IMG/VR virus record: IMGVR_UViG_3300009157_000020
From: an uncultured virus (IMG/VR IMGVR_UViG_3300009157_000020)
Lineage: Duplodnaviria; Heunggongvirae; Uroviricota; Caudoviricetes
Direction: 5' to 3' (one strand)
DNA: 20,000 nt
Below are positions 7,764 to 14,964 of the stretch, in pieces (the first letter of the stretch is position 1; each line of letters starts with the position of its first letter). A model generated the notes under the pieces. That model saw only the letters and a program-made list of their open reading frames with translations, had not been told where the DNA came from and did no database searches. Position numbers and translations under genes: made by a program.

Positions 7764-8066
7764 ATGTGCACGATGACCACGATGACGAAGATCAAGACGA
7801 CCGAGCACGCACGGCACATCGAAGAGATGCACGGCTACGACAAGGAGGCGTTCTTGCGAGCACGAGGTTGGAAGCACACGTGCGAAGCACCGGGTTCGTA
7901 CTGGCTGTGGCAGCGCACGTGGAACGACCGCGTCATCTTGGTGGACCGCGACACGGCCATGAACATGGAAGCGTACTTCGAAGCCGACCGGTGCACGTGC
8001 ACGGAAGAGAACACGGAGCCCGACAGCGGCTCGCACGCGACGAGCTGCCCGCTCTACTTCGAGTGA
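7764..8066 (+). CDS. Hypothetical protein, ~100 aa (start 7764, 7773 or 7782), C-terminal CxC...H...CP motif
   Basis: 3' part of the 7107..8066 track ORF with typical codon usage; FLRARGWKHTC...CTC...HATSCPLY. Confidence 0.75.
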   Translation: MCTMTTMTKIKTTEHARHIEEMHGYDKEAFLRARGWKHTCEAPGSYWLWQRTWNDRVILVDRDTAMNMEAYFEADRCTCTEENTEPDSGSHATSCPLYFE

Positions 8067-8072
8067 CGACCC

Positions 8073-8240
8073 ATGGACGACCCGTGTACTTGTCCGGAGC
8101 TCTGCATCATCACGGCCTCGCCGCATCCGGACTGTCCGGTTCACGGCGAGCCCGCTGATGAACGTGAACGCAGACGACAAGAAGAGGACGAGATCGTCGA
8201 TCGCCTCATCGAGGATGCTCAACGGCGGCAAGGGTGGTGA
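8073..8240 (+). CDS. Small CxC...CPxH zinc-finger-like protein, 55 aa (absent from ORF track)
   Basis: Manual translation: MDDPCTCPELCIITASPHPDCPVHGEPADERERRRQEEDEIVDRLIEDAQRRQGW; fits exactly between neighbours. Confidence 0.7.
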   Translation: MDDPCTCPELCIITASPHPDCPVHGEPADERERRRQEEDEIVDRLIEDAQRRQGW

Positions 8241-8244
8241 CGTC

Positions 8245-8442
8245 GTGGGCGACATGCAACGAAGAGCGCGTCAACTCCAGCTGCGTGCTGAACAGCTGGA
8301 AGAGCTCGCTTTCGATTTTCAGCGTCGTGGAGATTCTGCCGCTGCATATGCTTGCTTCGTTCGTGCAGATGAGCTCTTCGACGAAGCCATCAGGACCGCG
8401 GTGACACCTAGGCGTTCGCCTTCACGGTCAATGAGTTCGTGA
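8245..8442 (+). CDS. Small helical hypothetical protein, ~65 aa (GTG 8245 or ATG 8254)
   Basis: Follows the 8240 stop; amphipathic helix QLQLRAEQLEELAFDF. Confidence 0.6.
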   Translation: MGDMQRRARQLQLRAEQLEELAFDFQRRGDSAAAYACFVRADELFDEAIRTAVTPRRSPSRSMSS

Positions 8443-8465
8443 ACGCGTAGGCCCGGGTGGTGCTC

Positions 8466-8501
8466 TGGAACTTCGAGCACTTTTCTGGTAGAAATCGTTT
8501 C
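8466..8501 (+). promoter_or_regulatory. Repeated promoter-like element plus overlapping palindrome
   Basis: TGGAAC-TTCGAGCACTTTTCTGG-TAGAAA-TCGTTTC immediately followed by in-frame GTG 8502. Confidence 0.65.
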
Positions 8502-8819
8502 GTGGACGGCCGCACGCTCATCGAAGCTCTTCGACAAGAACCGATCCCCGAAAACTGGGACCCTGCCTCGGGTGGCGCGTACATCCGGGAGCTCTGGGCT
8601 CCCAACGCCGCCGAGGCCAACGACCTCAACAAGCTCTTGCTCGACAACGTCGAGGTTCGTGCCGCCGCGTTCGAAGAAGCTGCCACCATCGTAGAACAGA
8701 TGGCGGCGGAAGAAGCTGCGGCGAAGTCTCAGCGCATGAGCCCGCTCGCGCTTCCCAATCTCATCGCGATGCGGTTTCGGCAGATCGCGAGAAAACTTCG
8801 AGCGAGGCACAGCCCGTGA
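8502..8819 (+). CDS. Hypothetical protein, 105 aa (probable leaderless GTG start)
   Basis: In frame with track ORF 8457..8819; start placed directly after the promoter element; GTGA overlap with the next gene. Confidence 0.7.
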   Translation: MDGRTLIEALRQEPIPENWDPASGGAYIRELWAPNAAEANDLNKLLLDNVEVRAAAFEEAATIVEQMAAEEAAAKSQRMSPLALPNLIAMRFRQIARKLRARHSP

Positions 8820-9214
8820 TCCGCAGCGAACCGTACATCGAGCATTGGGCTACGGCAGAAGAGCTCGCGAGGTCGATGGGCACCGTGCTGGGTGCTGACG
8901 TCGTCGAGTACTCGGAGCAAGTGTTCGACGGGTACGTCGCTGCAGGAGCGTTGCGAAAGCGCGTGCGATCTGATGGTCGAGCCGAGTACTGCAACTACCC
9001 ACCAGAGTTTCACCCGTTCCCGTATCGCGGCGGGTTCGTTCGAGCAGACATGCGCCCGAGCAAGATCGGCGACCAGTACGTGCAGTACGAAGACTACCAG
9101 CCCACGTGGCTCTTCATTCCCGACGACTGGCGCGCGGACATCGACCTACCGCCGCTGCGGGACTACACGGTTCGCGTGACGACTGAAGACGGGGACGTGC
9201 TCTTCGAGCGGTAG
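8816..9214 (+). CDS. Hypothetical protein, 132 aa
   Basis: GTGA overlap start; TAG stop supplied by the repeated element at 9211. Confidence 0.75.
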   Translation: MIRSEPYIEHWATAEELARSMGTVLGADVVEYSEQVFDGYVAAGALRKRVRSDGRAEYCNYPPEFHPFPYRGGFVRADMRPSKIGDQYVQYEDYQPTWLFIPDDWRADIDLPPLRDYTVRVTTEDGDVLFER

Positions 9215-9240
9215 ATCGTCGAGCACTTTTCCGGTAGAAC
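9211..9240 (+). promoter_or_regulatory. Repeated promoter-like element
   Basis: G-TAGATC-GTCGAGCACTTTTCCGG-TAGAAC, 6 nt before GTG 9247. Confidence 0.7.
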
Positions 9241-9246
9241 TGACCG

Positions 9247-9561
9247 GTGGTCCACGCCATCTACGCCGTCGTCACACTTGCTGCGCTTCTGCTTGGTGGC
9301 TATCTCGGTCATCGTTTCGCGTTGATGGCCACGGTCAAGATCTTGCGTCGAAGTTTCAGTGCCGGCGGTGCTCAGCCGATGGTGCAGATCCACACGCTCG
9401 CTCGCGTCCGCGATCGTCTCCTCAACGGCGAAGACGTGTCTGCGTATATCGAGTTGGAATTGGATCGACTCACAGCGCTCGCCCATGCTGTCACCCAGGG
9501 CACTGCCAAGGAGTTTGCGGATGAACTCTTGGGTGATGAAGACGCGGACGGGCCGTCGTGA
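9247..9561 (+). CDS. Hypothetical protein with N-terminal transmembrane helix, 104 aa
   Basis: AIYAVVTLAALLLGGYLG hydrophobic stretch; GTGA overlap with the next gene. Confidence 0.75.
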   Translation: MVHAIYAVVTLAALLLGGYLGHRFALMATVKILRRSFSAGGAQPMVQIHTLARVRDRLLNGEDVSAYIELELDRLTALAHAVTQGTAKEFADELLGDEDADGPS

Positions 9562-9893
9562 GTTTCGACGAGGGCGGTTTTGCGCAACGAGCATGGGAGT
9601 GGTTGCGCTACGACGTGTTCACGAAGATCTTCCCTCCGCGTTGTCGAAACTGCCGTTGTCAGTTTCGCAAAGCGGACGGTTGCATCCCAGTGCCTGTACG
9701 CGGCTTGAAGCCGATTGCGTATGGGTCCGAAACCTGGGACTACTTGTTGCCAGAAGAACTCTTGCCGCGGTGTGCTGACTGCAACGCCAAGCTCGGTTGC
9801 TTCCACCATCCTGGCTGCGACAAGGAACAGTGCCCGCGCTGCGAAGGCCAGGTCATTTCGTGCGGCTGTCTAGACCTACAGATCGTGGAGTAG
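9558..9893 (+). CDS. Cys/His-rich zinc-binding hypothetical protein, 111 aa
   Basis: CRNCRC and CADC...G.FHHPGCDKEQCPRCEGQVISCGC; stop supplied by the element at 9890. Confidence 0.8.
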   Translation: MSFDEGGFAQRAWEWLRYDVFTKIFPPRCRNCRCQFRKADGCIPVPVRGLKPIAYGSETWDYLLPEELLPRCADCNAKLGCFHHPGCDKEQCPRCEGQVISCGCLDLQIVE

Positions 9894-9927
9894 ATCGCCG
9901 AGTACTTTTCTGGTAGAAACGATTTCT
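9890..9927 (+). promoter_or_regulatory. Repeated promoter-like element plus overlapping palindrome
   Basis: G-TAGATC-GCCGAGTACTTTTCTGG-TAGAAA-CGATTTCT directly followed by GTG 9928; AGAAACGATTTCT at 9915-9927. Confidence 0.7.
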
Positions 9928-10212
9928 GTGACAGAGCTGACTCCTGCAACTGCAAGTTCCATGGTCCCAAGAGATGGTGACCAAGCTCTTCTCGTGTCCA
10001 TCACGGCGGCTGTAGTCGCATCGATGGACGGAACGTTGACCATCTTGCCGGATGTCTCGCTCGAACTTCGGCAAGCGGCGATCGACGGCTACCACGTCGG
10101 TTTGAAGTACGAGCTCGTGCGGCCTCCTGCATGGTGGAAGCGCTTACCTGGCATCCGCCGATGGTTCCCGATGCGCGCTACACTTCATCCTCGAAGGGAT
10201 GAAACTCCGTGA
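9928..10212 (+). CDS. Hypothetical protein, 94 aa
   Basis: Starts right after the repeated element; PPAWWKRL motif; GTGA overlap downstream. Confidence 0.65.
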   Translation: MTELTPATASSMVPRDGDQALLVSITAAVVASMDGTLTILPDVSLELRQAAIDGYHVGLKYELVRPPAWWKRLPGIRRWFPMRATLHPRRDETP

Positions 10213-10475
10213 CCGAGCACGAACACGAAATCGACGAGCGAGATCAAGAAGCTGAAGCGACAGAGCACTTCAAGCGACTGTTCTACGGCTTCTTGGCGAT
10301 CATCACGTCCGAGTTCGGATCGCGACGCGTCATATCGGAGTTGGAGTTTATCGTAGAGCACCCCGAGGTCTTGACCAACTGGGAGCGGAGCAAAGAAGAT
10401 CTTCGTGTTGCGGTCGAAGAGATCATGACGCCGATGGTCGACGAGATGCGGCAGAAGGCCGAGAACCAGGACTGA
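10209..10475 (+). CDS. Hypothetical helical protein, 88 aa
   Basis: GTGA overlap start, typical codon usage. Confidence 0.7.
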   Translation: MTEHEHEIDERDQEAEATEHFKRLFYGFLAIITSEFGSRRVISELEFIVEHPEVLTNWERSKEDLRVAVEEIMTPMVDEMRQKAENQD

Positions 10476-10480
10476 ACTGT

Positions 10481-10846
10481 ATGAGCATCGTAGTCGCAAC
10501 TGGAGGTCGGGCGTACGAAGGGGACGCTGAGGCTGAAGATCAGTTCAAGAAAGTCCTGCAGCTGGTTGATGCGCAGGTACTTCGGCATGGAGGCTGCTCC
10601 GGAGCAGACGAGTTCGCAGACGATGTCGCGCGACGCATGCGTCTCATCGTAGAGATTTACGAAGCAGACTGGAGCACATACGGTCGTGCTGCCGGGCCTA
10701 TCCGCAACCGAACGATGGTGAATGGAGCTGATGTCCTCATCGCGATGCCCGGTGGTAGAGGTACTGCTGACTGCATCCGAGCAGCGAAGAAGGCTGGTTT
10801 GGAAGTGTTTCACATCGGCGAACCCAAGCCAGGAGCTGGGCCATGA
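10481..10846 (+). CDS. SLOG-superfamily YspA/DUF2493-like nucleotide-binding protein, 121 aa
   Basis: VATGGRAY, HGGCSGADEFA, ADWSTYGRAAGPIRNRTM, IAMPGGRGTADCIRAA: the characteristic family motifs. Confidence 0.9.
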   Translation: MSIVVATGGRAYEGDAEAEDQFKKVLQLVDAQVLRHGGCSGADEFADDVARRMRLIVEIYEADWSTYGRAAGPIRNRTMVNGADVLIAMPGGRGTADCIRAAKKAGLEVFHIGEPKPGAGP

Positions 10847-11361
10847 GCGGCGTGTTCATCTGCGGCGAGTGCCGCTCGACCGTGTTCGAGCCGGCCAAGG
10901 GTGGCGGTTGTCCGTGTTGTGGCTATCGGACACCGAAGGTGGTGACGAAGGTGCAGGAGAACTTCAGTCCGTCGAAGCAGAAACTGGTCGACGGTAGTCA
11001 TGAGCGCATGCTCTGTCCGCTGTGCTGCGTCCCGTTCCAGGTGCAGGAGGACGGACGTCTCGGCTGTTCCTCGTGCAGCATTGTTCTGCACTCGACGTTG
11101 ACGTTGTCTACAGATGAGACTGGACGGATCACAGGGATCGAAGATGAGGACACCCGGTCCGAACCGAAGTCCGAGTACACGCCGTCCATCGCTGCGCAGA
11201 TCAGCGCAGAGAATCAAGAACGTCGACGACAAGGGAACGCCATCGAGGGCACGCACTACGGCGAGCAGCGCATCAGCAACCGACGAGACTGCCCCGCTTG
11301 CGGTGGAACGAGCGACACGTGCTCGACGTGTTTCGACTTTCGCGGAGATCCAATGGGATGA
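10843..11361 (+). CDS. Multi zinc-ribbon protein, 172 aa
   Basis: Three CxxC pairs: CGEC/CPCC, CPLC/CSSC, CPAC/CSTC; ATGA overlap. Confidence 0.75.
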   Translation: MSGVFICGECRSTVFEPAKGGGCPCCGYRTPKVVTKVQENFSPSKQKLVDGSHERMLCPLCCVPFQVQEDGRLGCSSCSIVLHSTLTLSTDETGRITGIEDEDTRSEPKSEYTPSIAAQISAENQERRRQGNAIEGTHYGEQRISNRRDCPACGGTSDTCSTCFDFRGDPMG

Positions 11362-12287
11362 ATGTACGAGACGAGAGTGAACCGCCCGAGCGGTATGTTG
11401 GTGAACCTGAGGCGTGTGAAGACTGCGGTCGAACTGACGCGCACCCGCTCATCTGCGCCATCACGTACGTGTGCTCGGATTGCTGCGACGATCCTCCGTT
11501 CACACACCCACCACGCGACGCGGCCCCACCCACGGGTGCCGCCGAGCGTGATGAGACGGAAGGCCAGCGCGCGACCCGGCACGCATGGGAGTACGCGCTC
11601 AACGTGAAGCCACCGGGTGCCGCCGAGGACCAACCCTCGGAGTCTGTGTGTCCGTCGCCCGACTGCATGATGTGCAGCGGCGAAGCCTGCAACAAGTGCG
11701 GCGCCGGATGCTGGTCGAAGCGTCGCGACTGCGAGCACGACTCCGCGGAGCGCCACGAGGAGCCGGTTCCGCACGACGGCATCACCGCTCCTCTCCGAGC
11801 CGAGGTCGCCCGTGTACAGGAGGAGTTGAGCCGTGCGAACGGCGAACTGCAACTTGTGTACTCGCATGTGACGAGCACCGGGCACCGCGGACTGCGTGTA
11901 GAAAACGGTCGCTCGTCCGAGGCCGTGATCGCCCTGATCAAGGAGTGCGCCATCGAAACCTCCACGCTCCGAGCCGAGGTCGAGCGCCTCACCAGGGAGC
12001 TGACTGGGCAGGCCATCGTCGCTGAGACCCTCGGCATCGCGCTCGCTGCTATGGAGAACGACCGCAACGCGTGGAAGTTCACGGCGCGAGCAAACGCAGC
12101 AGGAGGCGACGCAGCCCGAGCTGAGACCGCTCGGGTACGGGAGGAGTTCGCGCAAGTACTGTGGGACCTCGCCGACGAGCTTGAAAACGACTTTGCGACC
12201 GAGGCGTGCGGTCAGGGTGTGGCCCGTGTCGTAGAGCGTCGCGCCAAGGAATACGAGCGGGGCGAGCCGCAGGATGGTGATTCGTGA
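11358..12287 (+). CDS. Cys-rich plus coiled-coil mosaic protein, 309 aa
   Basis: ATGA overlap at 11358; CEDC...CSDCC; CMMCSGEACNKCGAGCW...CEHD...RH; two LRAEV-initiated coiled coils. Confidence 0.75.
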   Translation: MNVRDESEPPERYVGEPEACEDCGRTDAHPLICAITYVCSDCCDDPPFTHPPRDAAPPTGAAERDETEGQRATRHAWEYALNVKPPGAAEDQPSESVCPSPDCMMCSGEACNKCGAGCWSKRRDCEHDSAERHEEPVPHDGITAPLRAEVARVQEELSRANGELQLVYSHVTSTGHRGLRVENGRSSEAVIALIKECAIETSTLRAEVERLTRELTGQAIVAETLGIALAAMENDRNAWKFTARANAAGGDAARAETARVREEFAQVLWDLADELENDFATEACGQGVARVVERRAKEYERGEPQDGDS

Positions 12288-12367
12288 GCGATGCCGGCGA
12301 CATTGAAGGCACTGCAATACTTCTTGCCGACATCGAGAGCTTCGTTCGAAGGACCGAGACACCGTGA
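12284..12367 (+). CDS. Micro-ORF, 27 aa (MSDAGDIEGTAILLADIESFVRRTETP)
   Basis: GTGA overlaps at both ends bridge two genes exactly; not in ORF track. Confidence 0.5.
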   Translation: MSDAGDIEGTAILLADIESFVRRTETP

Positions 12368-12552
12368 GCTACGCACCGTTCACGATCGACACCATCCGCT
12401 GCAAGGACTGCAACGAGGTCTTCGACGTTGAGCCCTCGAACGTCTCTGCTTCGAAGCTCGACGAGAAGCCGACTGCAGTCGTGCTGGTCTACGTGCCCAA
12501 GCAGTGTCCCGTTTGCTTGAACATCAAGGTGGTCGATCAGGAGGATCCGTGA
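12364..12552 (+). CDS. Small zinc-ribbon protein, 62 aa
   Basis: CKDC...CPVC; GTGA overlaps on both sides. Confidence 0.75.
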   Translation: MSYAPFTIDTIRCKDCNEVFDVEPSNVSASKLDEKPTAVVLVYVPKQCPVCLNIKVVDQEDP

Positions 12553-12734
12553 ACGACGGCGAGTCGCTTGTGAGCAAGTGCGAGCGCAAGCTCGCAAAAC
12601 TCAACATCTACCGCGACCCCCACTTCGTGACGCCCGAGCAAGCGGCGCACGAAATCGCGGATGACATCGACGTGCTCGCTCGTCTCGTGCGAGTTCTTGT
12701 TCGCGCGATCACCTCGAAACCGGAGGAAATGTGA
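12549..12734 (+). CDS. Small hypothetical protein, 61 aa
   Basis: GTG 12549 with GGAGG upstream; GTGA overlaps on both sides. Confidence 0.7.
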   Translation: MNDGESLVSKCERKLAKLNIYRDPHFVTPEQAAHEIADDIDVLARLVRVLVRAITSKPEEM

Positions 12735-13057
12735 CCAATCTGGACTACAGCGTTCGTTGCTTTCGGTGTGGAGAGCTTGCGTCGACACGCAAAGAAGGGC
12801 CATCGGCAGACGCGGTCGGACAGCATCGCCGTTGGGAGGCGATGCCTCTCGACGTACTGACGAAGGATGGTTGCCGCGCGGCTGTTTGTTGCTGGCCTTG
12901 TTTCTGGGAGATCGATCCCGACATGTGGATCAATCCCGAGGACTGGAGCCGTACAGGTCCGCTAGTACCTCTGGAGAAACTTCCTGTGCTCGATCACGAA
13001 GATCCGAAGTGCTGGGATCCGAGCCACTACGCATGGCCGCTCGAAGGAGAATCGTGA
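12731..13057 (+). CDS. Cys/Trp-rich hypothetical protein, 108 aa
   Basis: GGAGG RBS; CFRC...CCWPC...DPDMWI; GTGA overlaps. Confidence 0.75.
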   Translation: MTNLDYSVRCFRCGELASTRKEGPSADAVGQHRRWEAMPLDVLTKDGCRAAVCCWPCFWEIDPDMWINPEDWSRTGPLVPLEKLPVLDHEDPKCWDPSHYAWPLEGES

Positions 13058-13278
13058 TCCGCTCGAACTATCCGTGGCTCACCGACGAGCAGTTTTAGCT
13101 CGTCGAGGTCATGGAGAAGGCGTACTCCACCATGAACGTGGACGCCAACGCGGTGTGCCACGCGATCGAGAGCGGCTCCGATACTTCGAACTTGTTGAAG
13201 AAGTGGCAGGTGTCATGTCGCGTCTACGAGAGAGCACTCGATGCAGCGGAAGCATCTCGGAGGAAGGACCGTTGCTGA
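13054..13278 (+). pseudogene. 74-codon ORF interrupted by an in-frame TAG at 13096-13098 (or a shorter gene from ATG 13111)
   Basis: AAGGAG RBS and GTGA overlap at the start, TGATG overlap at the end; MIRSNYPWLTDEQF*LVEVMEKAYSTMNVDANAVCHAIESGSDTSNLLKKWQVSCRVYERALDAAEASRRKDRC. Confidence 0.55.
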
Positions 13279-13646
13279 TGGACTTGCTCGCGTACACGAC
13301 ACTCGACTTGCTGAAAGAAGTCGTCGAGCAGCATCTCAAGAGACGTGGTTGCCACCCCATGGAGATCTATCGTTCTGGATCGCACGGCATCCGCGTGATG
13401 TACCGGAACGTGCAGCAGCACTACGTCAAGGCTGAGGTGTTCGTGTCGCGGGAGCTCAAGCACCGGGAGCAGATCGATGGCGCCCTCGCCTTCGAAGCCT
13501 GCGCCACCATCGACCAGCAGTCCATCAAGTTTCGGAACCCGATATACCGGATGTCGGGCATGCTGACGCGCAAGCACGGCGGCATGTACCCGTGCCTCGA
13601 TGCATGTACGAACGACGAGCACCACGAGGAGTGCCCGAATCGGTGA
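13278..13646 (+). CDS. Hypothetical protein, 122 aa, C-terminal CxxxC...HH..C
   Basis: ATG 13278 in TGATG overlap; GTGA overlap downstream. Confidence 0.7.
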   Translation: MDLLAYTTLDLLKEVVEQHLKRRGCHPMEIYRSGSHGIRVMYRNVQQHYVKAEVFVSRELKHREQIDGALAFEACATIDQQSIKFRNPIYRMSGMLTRKHGGMYPCLDACTNDEHHEECPNR

Positions 13647-14035
13647 GCGATCCGATCGTCATCCGCTACGAGAACCCGATGGTCTCGGATTCAGAAGGGT
13701 TCTCGTACGTGAGCTTGCTCGTTCCTATCGAGACGTCGTATCGTCTTCATCGTATCTTGGTCACACCGATGCCGAAGGCGTTTTGGTATCCCGAAGTCTT
13801 GGCGCCGGTCATCGGAGTCCGTGCTCAGGTCGAAATAGATCAGGTACTCGTTCACCGGATTGGTTTCGCTGATCTACCAGAAGCATGTGACCTGCGCTTC
13901 TTCACACCGGAGGACGTGCAGTACTGTCCCTTCGACGTAGGGTCTTTCGACCCGTTCCCGATCGAGCTCGAAGTTCGTCAACCGATGACCGTCGTCATGC
14001 ATCTCGCCGTGAACCGAGGTCGGTTGGGAGCGTGA
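13643..14035 (+). CDS. Beta-rich hypothetical protein, 130 aa (possible jelly-roll fold)
   Basis: GTGA overlap; alternating hydrophobic strands (YRLHRILVTP, VEIDQVLV, PIELEVRQ); C-terminal similarity to the 19563 ORF. Confidence 0.7.
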   Translation: MSDPIVIRYENPMVSDSEGFSYVSLLVPIETSYRLHRILVTPMPKAFWYPEVLAPVIGVRAQVEIDQVLVHRIGFADLPEACDLRFFTPEDVQYCPFDVGSFDPFPIELEVRQPMTVVMHLAVNRGRLGA

Positions 14036-14388
14036 TGATGCCTCCACATCCACAGGAGGCTGCAGCTCCACTTCGCAAGGAAGTACCGGTCGACCTCGAC
14101 CGCATCTGTCGGGAGCTCAAGATCAGCCACCGTCGCAGCAAGACCTCCGCGAAGCTCGTCGGCACGCCGGTCATGATCGTCATGCGTGAAGAAGGCCACA
14201 TCATCGTGTGGTTCGACGGGCCGGCGATGACCGAAGCAGAAAAGCGCTTCGCCATCGCGCACGAGATCGGCCACACGTTTTTCTTTCGGCGTCGAGATCC
14301 GCCCGACCGGGCTGAGGAGCGATGGTGTGATCTGTTCGCGAAAGCGTTGCTCGAAGGTGAAGAGATCGGGAAGAAAAAGACATGCTAA
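14032..14388 (+). CDS. Minimal ImmA/IrrE-family (peptidase M78-like) metallopeptidase, 118 aa
   Basis: VPVDLDRICRELKI, EKRFAIAHEIGH (HExxH), EERWCDLFAKALL. Confidence 0.85.
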   Translation: MMMPPHPQEAAAPLRKEVPVDLDRICRELKISHRRSKTSAKLVGTPVMIVMREEGHIIVWFDGPAMTEAEKRFAIAHEIGHTFFFRRRDPPDRAEERWCDLFAKALLEGEEIGKKKTC

Positions 14389-14391
14389 AAT
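14383..14391 (+). promoter_or_regulatory. Extended -10 promoter for a leaderless transcript
   Basis: TGC-TAAAAT then 6 nt then ATG 14398; GAGATC 18 nt upstream (14362-14367). Confidence 0.55.
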
Positions 14392-14397
14392 GTCTCG

Positions 14398-14547
14398 ATG
14401 AGCTGGAGATGGTGGTGGAAGAACTGGAGCTGGCTCGTGTGGGACCTGTTGCTCGTGGGCGTGCTCATCGCTTCGTACGAGTCGTGCCCGCCGCCAGCTC
14501 CCCCGTGCAATCAACTCGACCGCGTTTCGAACAGTTGCAGAAGGTAA
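14398..14547 (+). CDS. Trp-rich small membrane protein, 49 aa (absent from ORF track)
   Basis: MSWRWWWKNWSWLVWDLLLVGVLIASYESCPPPAPPCNQLDRVSNSCRR; fills the gap; promoter immediately upstream. Confidence 0.6.
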   Translation: MSWRWWWKNWSWLVWDLLLVGVLIASYESCPPPAPPCNQLDRVSNSCRR

Positions 14548-14557
14548 CGGGTTGCTC

Positions 14558-14887
14558 ATGAAGTGCGTCAACTGTAGGCATCGTCATCAAGAACACTGCA
14601 CGCATCCCGAAGCGAAGATGCCGAGCGGCGGTGCTCCGAAGGTCCCGTCGTTCGAACCGCAACCCAAGTGGTGCCCGCTCCTCAAAGTGAAGACGGACAA
14701 GCACGAGCTCCAAGTGTGGCTCGTGCGGTGGGCTGAAGACGGATCGTTGCTCGTCTACGGCGTGACCGAGGACATCGACCTCGTGGCAGATGCGTTCGAG
14801 AAGACGAAGCACTCCAAGTGGTCCGATCCCAGCGTGCGACAACGGCTGATCGATATCGGGATCCCGGTGCCGGACCCCGACGTCTAG
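14558..14887 (+). CDS. Hypothetical protein with CxxC..C..PxWCPL motif, 109 aa
   Basis: MKCVNCRH...CTHP...PKWCPL. Confidence 0.75.
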   Translation: MKCVNCRHRHQEHCTHPEAKMPSGGAPKVPSFEPQPKWCPLLKVKTDKHELQVWLVRWAEDGSLLVYGVTEDIDLVADAFEKTKHSKWSDPSVRQRLIDIGIPVPDPDV

Positions 14888-14949
14888 CGATCGAGAACAG
14901 CGGCTAGGCGGCAATCTACGGACTCGCTTCCAGCGCAGACTGGACCTCG

Positions 14950-14958
14950 TGTTACGCT
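14950..14958 (+). promoter_or_regulatory. Extended -10 promoter for a leaderless transcript
   Basis: TGT-TACGCT then 6 nt then ATG 14965; no Shine-Dalgarno sequence. Confidence 0.5.
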
Positions 14959-14964
14959 GACGAC

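Noticed and set aside
8466..9927. Repeated element as a CRISPR array or integron attC sites
   Set aside because: Copies are 680-740 bp apart with whole genes between them, there are no cas or integrase genes in the window, and there is no attC-type RYYYAAC...GTTRRRY hairpin.
3343..14887. Genome-wide TAG recoding (suggested by the amber codon at 13096)
   Set aside because: TAG acts as a normal stop at 3345, 3362, 9214, 9893 and 14887; reading through 9214 does not join the next gene in frame, and the long genes contain no internal TAG.
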